Positions 14,111 to 28,188 of a stretch of DNA of 64,000 bases are shown here, piece after piece; the stretch's first letter is position 1, and each line of letters opens with the position of its first letter. Origin of the DNA: the human T2T-CHM13v2.0 reference genome, Homo sapiens. Both the position numbers and the translations under genes were made by a program. Below the pieces are notes generated by a model. It had not been told where the DNA came from. It saw only the letters and a program-made list of their open reading frames with translations, and made no database searches. Location of the stretch: NCBI RefSeq assembly GCF_009914755.1, contig NC_060938.1. The stretch is one strand, 5' to 3'.

Positions 14111-17100
14111 TTAGAAGAAATGAAACCCAACTGAAGTCTTATGATTAATAACTTTTTTTTTTCAAAACTAAATCAACTCTATCTTCCTCGCCTTTCTAGG
14201 AAATCCTCAACTTGAACAATATTCTAAGTGCCCTAAAGCAATTAAAACAAAACTTTGGAGGAGTGGGGCGGGGAGACATTCCTGGAGGGCCAGAGCGGGG
14301 ATCGCAGCAGAATCTGCAGCACTGGTGTTAAGGAGAATTTGAGCGCTCGAATGCTGTTGTTAAATTTCTTCCCAGAGCCCCATGCTCCCTCGTTTAGCAT
14401 CTCCCTTCCCCAATAATTACTTGAGAGGATGAGCTCGAGATTGAAGAGTGAGGTTGGCTTTTCTGTGTGAGGAGCCGATAGGATCCACCAACACTAAAAT
14501 CAAAAAGACTCCTGGTGCTTGCGAGTACAACCCCAAATTCTCTCGCACACTGCCCAAGTTTCTTGAAACTCGGAGGCTCAGCTCAGTGTAAAAACATGGG
14601 GGTTCTCCTGAGTCGGTTTCCCTGACCACAGGGGGACCCCTGCAAACACGGCCTCCTCTTTAATACCTTTGTAACTCAGTTCTTCAAGCAACCCACCTAG
14701 GAGAATAAAAGGACCCACTGAGCTCCAATAACTGAGTAGATGATTAAATAAAGCCGAGATCTCAGATCTTCGCGTTTGGGGTGGGGAGTGGGGGCGCTGG
14801 GGAAAAGTCGGGAATAGCCCCGCGGTACCTGGGGATCCCAGTTGTTTTTTCTAAGAAAGCCCGGGGTTAAAAAATGCATTGGAATGTGGCGATGCCTCCA
14901 TCAGCCGTCACTTTATAAGTTCCCAAGTCACGCTGCTCTAGACCATTGTGGATGAAAGTGGATTGTCTCTCCAGAACCAAATATTCCCTGACCTGCTTCC
15001 CCAACGCGCCCTCACGCTTTCCTGGGAGAGCACAGCGCTGCCGGAGACGCGGCGCTTCTGTCAATTGTGCAGAGCAATTACTAAGAAAATATTGTGACGA
15101 TGTTGTAGGGCGAAAGGGGACGTGAGGAGGAAAGGGAGGGGGAGTTAGTTTGGAGAGCAATTTGCAAAGGAATATTAACTTTGATTCCCGAGGTCACCGC
15201 GGGAAAAGGGGTTCTGGGCTGCAGAGCTCTTCCTCTAGGTGGCGGACTTTGGCACCAAACAACCGCTAGATGAGCGCTGACTTCAAACACAGGATTAAGC
15301 TTCTTGCTGGTTAAAAATAATAACAGTAATAATATAGAGGTGTGGGGCTGTTTTTTCCCCCTTTTGGATATTTATTTATTGCAGGGAAAAGTCATTGATT
15401 TTCCTAAGCAAACTGTGTTTCTCCTTCACTTGGTGGAAAATAAAAACTGTTTGAATAAATAAGTTATTTCTGAACATTTTGTTGTCAAAGTGTTAAATGT
15501 TCCCGTCATTTTTATTCAAACACTAACATGATTACAGCCAATTATATATTCACCAGTGTTCTTTATTTTAGAGTAATTGTACTTGTCACTAATAAAACAG
15601 AGGCATAATGGATCGCTACTGTTCTAGATTTTCAAGCAATTTTGTGTAATTTGATTGAATTATACATCTTATCTGCTACTTTTTTATTTTTATATTTGGG
15701 GATCCTATTTTCTTGAAAATTGCAGCTCTATGCTTGTTTTGTTGTTTCTCCAGTAACGTACACTTCGGTAACACTGATAAATAGAAAGAGTCCCTTTGAA
15801 ATGTCAAAAATCAGCTGTTTTTTTCCACACCTCCTCCCTGCTCTTCAGCATGGGGAAGACCTGAACTCTGCGCAGCAAGGGAGCCTGAGCGAGTGGGTGC
15901 ACTTCCCAGAAAAGTTCAACGTCAAGATAAATTCCCCATTGGCCCCAAAGGCAGTCACCTTCCTGCCTGCATGCAGTCTTTGGGGGCTCTGTCTTTTTCC
16001 TGTAATGATACTGTTGGGTGTCTGGGGCTTCAAACATGCTAAGACAAGTAGACCATGGGTTCATTTCATGTGCAATATGTATCAAGGGAAAGAATATATA
16101 CGGCGGAGCTAAAAGATAAACTGTATTTATTACTCCAATTACACAAACCCCAAAGGTCCTACCTACCAACCCACCCCCCACCCCGACAATTAAAACAATT
16201 ATCTATTTGCCTATGTTCTTTTGGTTCCAAATATACGGAAAGAACTGGGATCAATACTTTCTCCCCTCCCCCACTTTTAAACCATTTCAATAATTGTTTT
16301 AAAAAGATAGGGGGAAAAGATGCACACACCTTCCCATTGTTCACATATCAGAACAATCAAGAAATAAATGTGACAGCAAGCAGACAGACGATATGATATG
16401 ATCTTAAGGGACCATCTCCAAAACTGAAGGAGCAGAGAATGTGTAATTCTTTTCCCAGTAAATCCTTCCAGTTCCTAGGACAAGACTCAAACGTCCCGCT
16501 AGGAGCTGCAGCTGCGAGGTGGAGCCAAAGGCTCTGACAAGTGGCTTGTGTATGACCCAATATTTATCAATAACAACAACAAAATCAAGTGAAACCAAGG
16601 CTGCGGATTTTGAAATGCTTCTGCAGCCCTGGCGTGGATATGCACGTGAGCGAAGTAAAAGTCGCTGGAGATGAGTTGGCTCCACTTGTCCGCCCTGGGG
16701 AGCAATCCTGGGGCAAAATCCAGTGCTAATTGATCCCAACCAGCCACATTATCAGCTGTAAATGTTCAAGGGGACAAAGAATGAGCATTGTGTACTAAAG
16801 ATACTCCAAGCATTTTTTCAAGTAAATAGGGACGTGTAATCAGTAGCGTGTGTATGCATATAAATAGGAAAAGAGAATTATTTTTAATTAATTAGGAAAA
16901 TAATGTTTCATGTGTAATTCCAGAATTCTCTAGCGTCTCCCACTGTCCGACTGTTTTGTGATTGGGACTTCCTCTAGGAAAACCTGCGGGCCCTGTTTTG
17001 TGTTTCGAGCGGGAGAGCAGACACTCAGCTCAAATAGAGGCCTTTCTCTCGTCTTTCGGGGTGTTTATTCTATGGCCAAAAGGTAAGATGGCCAAGGCAG

Positions 17101-18901
17101 CGATCTGAGCGTGATGTCTGGCCCCGCGGGGGGCCCAGGAGGCCCAAGTTGGGACAGCTCCGGAGCTACCCCGGTGCCCCTCAGCTGGGGGAGGGCGCGC
17201 GGCAGCCGCCTGCCAGCCCCACAGGCTGCTCTCCAAAGGAGCTGGGCTTTTTCAGCGTTTCTGTTTCCTTGTAGCCTCATCTATCTTATCTAACAAGTTC
17301 ACGCTCCGGGAGAAAAGAAGAGGGTGAGAAAAAAAAAAAAGAAAGAAAAAAGAAAACCTCTTCACCGCGGTGATTCATAGTTCATAGGCTCCGGAGCCAA
17401 ACTTGCCGACCCAGCTTTTTTCTCGAACATTACTTTCTCTCCTACGTGCCTTAGGACAAACCCAGAAGGAAGACACTAAAATTGCCGAACAAGAATCTAG
17501 GATTGTTTTAAAAATAAAAGTGACCCCCCACAGACACCTTTGATGTTGTTGATTCTGACACAGAGGAGTCGAGTTGTTTTGTTTACACATGCTAACGGTA
17601 ACTTGCTCCTGATGCCGCTCTACGCGCAGCTTAGTCTGTCTTCTCCTCTCCTCCCCGCAGGCGACTCCTTCCAAAGAGCGAGAGAGAAATACGGGTATTA
17701 CTGTTATCCCCCACTGGGTTCAATACCCCTTACATGTAATTGAATATTCGAATTAACGTCACCTGCATGCACCCCAGTCTTTTAACTCTGAAATGTGCTT
17801 TATAGCAATACAGACTTGAAACCTTTAACTGTTTTCTATATCCCCGCGTTTACCGTGGCAGATGACCTCTTAGCCCAAAATTGATTTGGTGTGTATCCGG
17901 TCTTATGTGCCAAAAAAAGAGATACCTAGGCTGAAAAGGCAACTTTAAGGGGGGACATCTAGAGAGATGACGCCTAGAATCAAGGCCTCTGGCTCGATTG
18001 CGTTCGGCAAGCGTCTGCAACAAAGGAGCGTCGGGCAAGCTCGCGGGTATGCGCAGGGAGCAGCGGCGCGCAGACCTGGGAGCCCCAGCTCCGCGAAGCT
18101 CCTCGAAGGGAACCCTCGCAGTTACAGCCTCAAGAGGCAAGGCAGGGGAGGGAGAAAAGCTGGACCTCTTGAGAAACGCTCCTCCAACAGATTTTCCATG
18201 GCCTCGTGTTGGAGAAGGGGCGCGGGGGAGGAGCGAGGGTTGGGGTAGGAAGACCTACTGGAACCGACTCCGGAGAGTGAGGGCCAGGTGGGTGTAAGAT
18301 GAGCACAAAGTAAAAACTTGCCCATTGGTTTGTCCACGCAGGTTTCTTGAAAGAAGCAGATAGATCTGATTAGTAGATACTACTTTCCCCACGCAAAGGG
18401 AGACTTTGGGGTGAAGGGTTCTCTGCGTGCTTCCTGGCTTGCTTACCCCACTCATGAAGTTTTCTCTCCTCTCATTCCTTCAGACCTTTAGTGGGTGCAA
18501 GCATTTCCTATAAGATACTTATTAATCTCATATACGGACCTTGAACTGTTCAATGTTTTCCGTGTACATTTAAATATTGAGCGGTGACTAGTTCGAAGGT
18601 GACCGGCTAAAAATTGCGAAGGAGTCAGACCTTTCCATCTTTTCTCACACAACTGGAATTTGGGGGACCATTTGGAGGTGTGCTTCAAAAGAGAAGTCTT
18701 GGTTCACCCGCCACCCACCCCCACATACACACACACACACCCCTTCTCTAAAAGGTCCTGTAACACTTCCAGAAGAAGATTGAGGCTTCTACTAGAAATC
18801 ACATTGAAGCTCCAACTAAGTAAGAACAATGATGGGATAGTTAGGAGTTCCAGCTCTTAAGAGTTCAGCATTTTTAGCCCTGTAAGTTTTTCTTTCAGCT
18901 T

Positions 18902-18960
18902 GATATATAGATATATCTATATATAGATATATATATATATATATATATAGATATATATAG
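18902..18960. repeat. (AT)n microsatellite
   Basis: Read directly. Confidence 0.95.
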
Positions 18961-19955
18961 TTATTTTCTTTTTTCCTGTTTTGGTGCCCCACTGATGGAA
19001 AATCCGAGGTAATATTGTTTGTGGGCTGGCTTTTGCCAAGTCTCACTTTCTTCCTTATGGGATAGAGCTGGGGGTTAAAACTAAGAACCTGAGCTCTAGC
19101 CTCCTTCATTCTAGTTCACCAACACCCCTTCAGCTCTTTGTTTTGTTTTGTTGTGCTGTGTTATGGTTGTTTGTGGAGCTTCCCCTATCTCCTTTGAAAG
19201 ACTGACTACACCATTTCCTTGGGTAACTAGAGGAAAAATAGGAATCGGCCTCTCAGGGGCACTTCCCCAGGCTGTGTGGGACCATTTCTCACAACTGGAT
19301 CAGGTCTAAAAATGGAACAGGTCCGCCCTCACACTATCAGGGACTCAAGTCCTTCAGCAAATCACTCACCCTCTGGAGGGCACTGGCAAAGAACGCGAAA
19401 CAAGTAAAAGGGTAGTGGACATTATGTTTACAATGTTTACAAGAGATGTACAGAGTATTCGACTGAGAAGTTTTTCCAGAGACTAAAGTCCCTTGGCCCT
19501 CTGGTGGTATTTCGTCATGGATCTTTCCACGCCTGGCTCTCCCTTGGCTAATGTCGGGACAAAGCTTCTCCCATGCACATTTTGCTGAAGATCACGGGAC
19601 TTTTCTTTTGGCTGCGTACGTACTTGGCTTCAGAGAGCCTGGAACACCTGGCAGCGTCACAGAGACTTGCCTGGAGAGTCCCAGGGGTCTCTGTCAAGGC
19701 CTTCTCCTCATCCTTGTCCTCTTCCTCCTCCTGCTCCTCTTCTTCGCCTTGGACTTTCTCCCTTTTAAAGTGGCTCCCTAGCTTACACAAGCTAAACATT
19801 TCCACTCTCATAGACGAGGCTCTCCCATAGATTTTTTTACTCGAGGTTCTCAAGCAAAATTGCCGGTGCCACAATGTTATGATGGAAGGATGCTGAAATG
19901 ACAGGCCTAGTAGACGCTTGTCTTAATCATCGGCTTCTTAATTTAGTTTTAGTGC

Positions 19956-20047
19956 TGTGTGTGTGTGTGTGTGTGTATGTGTGTGTGTGTACACACACGC
20001 GCGAATGTGCGCGCCCCCGGGGACGTTGAGGGTGCGCGTGCGCGCGC
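19956..20047. repeat. (TG)n-(CA)n-(CG)n alternating purine/pyrimidine tract
   Basis: Read directly. Confidence 0.9.
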
Positions 20048-20319
20048 TGAGAGCAGCCACTGACAACCTGCAGCTCCCTAATGAGTGACGAGGCAGGGCT
20101 GCTGCAGAAAAGTAACACTTCCCTGGTGTGAAGACCTCTTACTGAGAAGTTTAGTTCACTACTGTTCTCGCAAACCTAATCGTATAACCTGTAACCAAAA
20201 CCCACAGAACGAGGATACAACACGCTAAAGAGTAACTTCTAATCACTAAATGTTAGCACCATTACCTGCTGTTAGGAAGATATTATAGACGAGTTGGCTC
20301 CAGCGAGGGCAGACCTCAC

Positions 20320-23300
20320 CTGCCACAGGATCTCTGGAAATACCTGGATGCCTCTGTATGGGATCTCCTCACTCCCAAACGTCACAAGGTCAGAAATTCT
20401 CTGTGCATCTGCAGGAAGAGAACTTTAGCTAGAGCTTGGCGCTGGGTGCCACTCCAAGGACACCCTGTCCAGGGAATGGAGAGCAGAGTGGATTTTAGGT
20501 AAATGGGGCCCACCTTCCTTTAACCAGCAGCTAGCAAGAAGAAAAGAGGCGGATCACTGACTGAAAACAGGAAAGAGGCCCTAAAGAATACTTAAATAAC
20601 ACCGCCAAATGGAAAAATGAAATGTTCTGCTCCCTACTCGGATGAAGTATGCTGTGTAGCCTTGGTTATTAATTAAAACTCCAGAAGGAATAATCTAATT
20701 CATTTCCTAACCAATTCTTCCATTGGAACTGCTCACTCTTTACGGGGCCTGACCTCTTTGGGAGAGCTGGGGGACTGCAGACAGAGCAAGAGAGAAGTTT
20801 ACTGTGATATATACCAGAAAATTACATTTACTTTGACTTCTGCTTTTATTCATTAATAGTACACATTTGTAGATGTCTGTGTGAGAGATCAAGGTTAGAT
20901 CCATCATGAGAAAAAAATTAGAATGATAGAGAATTTGTTTCAGGTCTGAGACAACTGAATTCCCTCTGTCTTCTGAAGGTAATCACGGTGACTGAGTGGG
21001 GCTGAAGATTGGGCTTCCAGTGCTTAGGGAAGAGGCCCGAGGTGGACAGAGGCAGGCCTTCAAATCCAATTTGCACCCAAATTGGCTGGTAGGATATACA
21101 AAGCCCCATCCAGAGACTTTCAACTTGCACAATACTCTGTCCAGGACCCCCCTCCCCCTCCATTTCAAATAGTAGCAGTTCTTTAAAAAAGCTATTGCTG
21201 AGACAAACACGGGGTGCTGAGTAAACAGTGCATGTTTTGTTGAACAAGCTATATATATATACATATATACACACACACACATATATATGTGTGTGAGTAT
21301 ATATATATATCACCATCTCGACATAAAGTGCAATTGAAATTATTAAAAGGAATTAAAACTCACTTCTTGCCAGATTACAAATAACTTTTGTCATTAGGAA
21401 GAATAGATTTTTAAATATTACATTAAACTATATACTATTTATGCCCATAAGAATATCCTATTTTGAGAGACTTGCATTCATGCAATCCTTAAACTATATA
21501 ACATAGCCTTAATTTGAATGAAAAACATTTTCCCAGTCAATATGAGCTCCTAGCATATAAAATCAGATTATTACAGTGCTCATTAGCAAACCCCAGTTTT
21601 TGCTATTTGAAAGTAAACAGAAGAAAAACTTATTTCCACCTGCTAAAATTTTATACAGGATTACAAAACAATGCACGCTCAGATTTGACCTAAGAAACAC
21701 CTTAAAACATTAAAAATTCATCAGTCAGAGCTGGTGTTGTATTGAAGGAAAGCTCCTCCAGTTTGCTGCTGAGCTCGGATTTGAATAAAATGTCCAATGT
21801 TAACAAACAATACCCACGTTTGGCACTTTGTGTATTAAATTGATCAAACAGATTTTAGGAGGCACAATGCACAATTTGTACAGACCTGATTGAGTTAATA
21901 TAATATCAGCAAATTTTACATCGAAATGATTCTGTTTCTTTTCTTTGTGTTTAAAACCAGCACAGATTACAAATTTTAATGATCTGAAAATGTTTGGTAT
22001 ACAAAATCATGCTTATTTCAGTATTAGCAAAAACACAAGAAATTTTTCAACACAAACACCCAGCTGTGTCTATTTTAAAAGCAGTTCAATGACAGCTTGC
22101 ACTTATGAGCATGCAATCAGCTAATTTCGTTTTTTTTTTCTTCTGTGTTAATCAACACTTTCCTTCCTGCATATCAGAGTACAAATAGTATAGTTACTCC
22201 ACATCAGTAAATGTTTACGTAACCTGTCCTTTCCCAAGAATCCGGTTACACCGAATCATTTCACGCTAGACCGACTACGAAAACGTACCGGGCCGTCCAC
22301 CTCAGAGGGAGCCCTGTGTGCCATTATAAGTGGTGGTGAGAAGGGGGGCTGTAAGAGGAGAAATTGGGAGGAGTAGGTGGAGGAATGGAGAGACAGAGGA
22401 ATGGAGGGTGGGGGGAAGGGGCGGGGGGAGCTAAGGGAGAAGGAGGGAGGAGGGAGGAAGGAGAGTTGAGGAAAAGTAGGAAGAACGGGCCTGAAGAGGG
22501 GAGAAGAGTGGGAGGAGGAAAAGTGAGTAGGAAGGGGAAGGCCCACAAATCTCTCCAGCCGGTAGGCAAAGCCCATTAGCTCACCCGGCCCTGCGAGAAA
22601 TCCAGAGCTTGGAAATAAATGTTTGGGACCATGTCACTATCAACACTGATTGTTGGAACCCTTGAATTTTTCCACATGTAAATACAGTTTGTTTTAAAGT
22701 GAGAAGATATGTAGACATAGGTAAAGATACATACATACAGTGGAAGGACATTTGAGGTTAGTCCAATATTCAAAGCTCCTTTGTGGCATTCCTAATAGAT
22801 GCATATTTAAAATTCACTAGCTATTTGTAATTATCTATTATTCTCTCCAGTTTCCTCCCCCCCCCCAACCTTTTCTCTCTTTCTCTTTCTTAAGACTGGG
22901 GGTGGGGAGGATGGAATAACCCCCTATTATCCTGAGTATTCATCAACCGCATTCTTTATGTTACAATTTAACTTTAGGATCAAGCATAAGCACCAATTTT
23001 CCTTCCTTCGTTTTCTTAAATACCAAATCTGCCAGATATCTTAATGAAAGTTTATCCAAGTGAAGAAATGCTTACATTTTATAATTATTTACCTTCTAGA
23101 GGAAGGAAAAGGTGCCTTTCATTTATGCTTCTCCACCTCCCTCTTCTCTGGGGCTACATCCTCCGTAAAATGTGGTATGTTTCGTGCCCATGTGGGATGA
23201 AACAGCCTTTGATCAATGTGCTCCCCACTAAATTCCAATCCCTGGGAAATGCTGGGCCTTAGCCCTGCCCCTGGCCACGGGATCCTTTTAAAGCCCCCGA

Positions 23301-23900
23301 TTCGCAATTTCCCCATTCACTTCAACCTCCAACCGAACCTTCCCAGTTCCAAAGCCCAAGAAGCTGGGACTGTGAGATCCACGTTCCCAAGGCTCCCCGG
23401 TGCTTTCCAGCAGCACTCAGGGTTGGCAAGAGCTGGCTTCAGTATACTGTTATTTCAGGAATGAGGCCCGCACAAAATAAAAGCATTTGAGAAACGGAAA
23501 GGAAAAAAAAGGAGTGAAAATAGGAAGGCTTAAAAAAAAAACCGGAAAGAAATAGACGCCCACCCTTATTTTCCCTCCAATGTCAACAAGCAAAACGAAA
23601 ATATTTCCAGGGTGATCGCTCGCAGCTACCCGCTTCCAATTCGGATTAGAAGCTGAGGCTGGAGCGGCGAGGAGAAAACGACATCGAGTCACCCCGCGCG
23701 TGAGCGACGCTCTGGAGCAGGAGAGAAGGAAAAGGAAGAGACACACGTATATAGCATGTGTTACCTGATTTATTTCGAGATTGTTTGGTACTGTTTTCTC
23801 TCTGGGCACCTCTCATTTCGGAAGGCCATCAGAGGCGCCCACTACTGAGCGGCCCCGGCCGCCGCAGCAGCACCCGGAGCCCCAGTCCCGGTTTCCCCGC
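20320..23900 (-). ncRNA. FOXG1-AS1: Probable 5' part of divergent antisense lncRNA FOXG1-AS1 (limits uncertain; probably continues towards the window start)
   Basis: Known upstream antisense gene at this locus; minus-strand donors at 23765 and 22585 and a well-formed minus-strand exon at 20408-20320. Confidence 0.45.
21250..21310. repeat. Compound (AT)(AC)(AT)(GT)(AT) microsatellite
   Basis: Read directly. Confidence 0.9.
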
Positions 23901-24359
23901 GGTGCCGGAGCCCGGAGCTCGCCGCCGCCCAGGCCTCAGGAATCGAGTAAGTAACCCCTGTTTGGCCCCGCGCTCCTCTGCCCACTTCCTCCTCCTCATC
24001 TCATCGCTCCCAAAGCTCTCCCACACCCTCCTCCCCCGAAGTAAAGGACACCCCCGCACACACGCCAGCGGTGGGCCTTATCTCCCCCCTTATCCAAAGC
24101 TGCGCTAGACTATTACCTACAAAGGGCACAATTTTCCTGCTGGCTCAGAAATGCCAGACACTGGCCTGCAAGGCCGACTCGGAAAAGTAGTGCCTCGCCT
24201 CTACCTCCTCCATTTCCTGCCCTCTCGCATCCTCTCCCTGCACTCCCACTCTTCCCACTACCACCACCACCCCCGCTTTCAAAAATAAAATTGGATACAA
24301 ACTTTAATCACTAAGGACAAATATTGACGCTTAAACGAAAATGACCCAGTACAATGAGG

Positions 24360-24719
24360 AGGAAGCCGGAAATGTGAGCTATTGGCCCTAGGAGGGGAAT
24401 TTCGGTGGAGCGGAGCCGGCGGGGTGGAGGGGGTGGCGGGGGCGCAGGGAAGGGCTGCGGCACCGCGTGCTCCCGCCGGCGTATCCCTACGCGGCTCCGC
24501 GCGGCCTCGGGGTCCGAGGCCCGCGGAGAGGGGGAGGCGAGCGCCCGAGGGGGCGGCAGCCGGCGGGCGGGGCGGGGGTGGGTGGGCCCGGCCCCTCCGA
24601 TTGGTCGACGGCGAGAGAGACGCTCCCGCACGCCGCCAGCTCTGATTGGCCCAGCGGTAGGAAAGGTTAAACCAAAAATTTTTTTACAGCCCTAGTGTGC
24701 GCCTGTAGCTCGGAAAATT

Positions 24720-24720
<1 letters not shown>
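24360..24720 (+). promoter_or_regulatory. FOXG1: FOXG1 proximal promoter
   Basis: Reverse CCAAT boxes (ATTGG) at 24381, 24600, 24645; GC boxes GGGCGGGGCGGGG near 24565; ETS-like CCGGAAAT near 24366. Confidence 0.8.
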
Positions 24721-26682
<1,962 letters not shown>

Positions 26683-26996
26683 CATCCCTGGGACCAGACT
26701 GTAAGTGAACGTTTTACACACATTTGCATTGTAAATGATAATTAAAAAAATAAGTCCAGGTATTTTTTATTAAGCCCCCCCCTCCCATTTCTGTACGTTT
26801 GTTCAGTCTCTAGGGTTGTTTATTATTCTAACAAGGTGTGGAGTGTCAGCGAGGTGCAATGTGGGGAGAATACATTGTAGAATATAAGGTTTGGAAGTCA
26901 AATTATAGTAGAATGTGTATCTAAATAGTGACTGCTTTGCCATTTCATTCAAACCTGACAAGTCTATCTCTAAGAGCCGCCAGATTTCCATGTGTG

Positions 26997-27004
26997 CAGT
27001 ATTA
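26997..27004 (+). promoter_or_regulatory. miR-200b/c/429 8mer site
   Basis: CAGTATTA; miR-200 regulation of FOXG1 is established. Confidence 0.75.
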
Positions 27005-27199
27005 TAAGTTATCATGGAACTATATGGTGGACGCAGACCTTGAGAACAACCTAAATTATGGGGAGAATTTTAAAATGTTAAACTGTAATTTGTATTTAAA
27101 AAGCATTCGTAGTAAAGGTGCCCAAGAAATTATTTTGGCCATTTATTGTTTTGTCCTTTTCTTTAAAGAACTGTTTTTTTTTCTTTTGTTTACTTTTAG

Positions 27200-27207
27200 A
27201 CCAAAGA
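27200..27207 (+). promoter_or_regulatory. miR-9 8mer site
   Basis: ACCAAAGA; miR-9 repression of Foxg1 is established. Confidence 0.85.
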
Positions 27208-27576
27208 TTGGGTTCTAGAAAATGCACTTGGTATACTAAGTATTAAAACAAACAAAAAGGAAAGTTGTTTCAGTTGGCAACACTGCCCATTCAATTGAAT
27301 CAGAAGGGGACAAAATTAACGATTGCCTTCAGTTTGTGTTGTGTATATTTTGATGTATGTGGTCACTAACAGGTCACTTTTATTTTTTCTAAATGTAGTG
27401 AAATGTTAATACCTATTGTACTTATAGGTAAACCTTGCAAATATGTAACCTGTGTTGCGCAAATGCCGCATAAATTTGAGTGATTGTTAATGTTGTCTTA
27501 AAATTTCTTGATTGTGATACTGTGGTCATATGCCCGTGTTTGTCACTTACAAAAATGTTTACTATGAACACACAGA

Positions 27577-27582
27577 AATAAA
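27577..27582 (+). terminator. FOXG1: Proximal poly(A) signal
   Basis: AATAAA followed about 30 nt later by U/GU-rich TTTTGTCTCTTTT. Confidence 0.7.
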
Positions 27583-28182
27583 AAATAGGCTAAATTCATA
27601 TATATCTTGATACTTTTGTCTCTTTTATTAAGTAGAGCTAATTTTTTAAAGACCAATCAACTTATAGGGAATTCAAAGGCTTTTTCAGCCAAACTAAAAT
27701 TTAAACTGCTCCTTTAATTTGAACTGACTCTAAAAATGAAAATAGTATTTTTCCCTTTGTGAACAAATTTTACAAGGAGCAGCCTATTTAATAAACACTA
27801 GCTTTAAACAAAGTATAGGCTTTTCAGCTGATACCTGTAAGTTTCTGTGGATATACAGCAAAAAGAGATATAATTTAATTTTCTGTGCATAGCTCTTTAC
27901 CCTGTGTTTATTTCCAAATCCATTAATAGAATGCCATTTATATATTTTGTTTCAGGTATATTGTTAATAGAGCTTGGCAAATTATAAATAAATATATGTA
28001 TATGGTTAGATAGAAGTGACTATAATGCACACATATGTAATATATATAGACACACAGAGCCCTTCAGTTCAGGTACAATTTGCGCTATGAATGCTGCAAA
28101 CATTTTTGTTTAAATATTTGTATTTATACTTTCTAAGTCAGCATTTATTTTTGTGGCTGTTTACCCACAATGAAAGAGTTCT

Positions 28183-28188
28183 AATAAA
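28183..28188 (+). terminator. FOXG1: Distal poly(A) signal
   Basis: AATAAA followed by TTTTGCTG about 25 nt downstream. Confidence 0.7.

Noticed and set aside
15720-18460. Cluster of 60-130 aa ORFs on both strands
   Set aside because: Expected in GC-rich regulatory DNA; no domains
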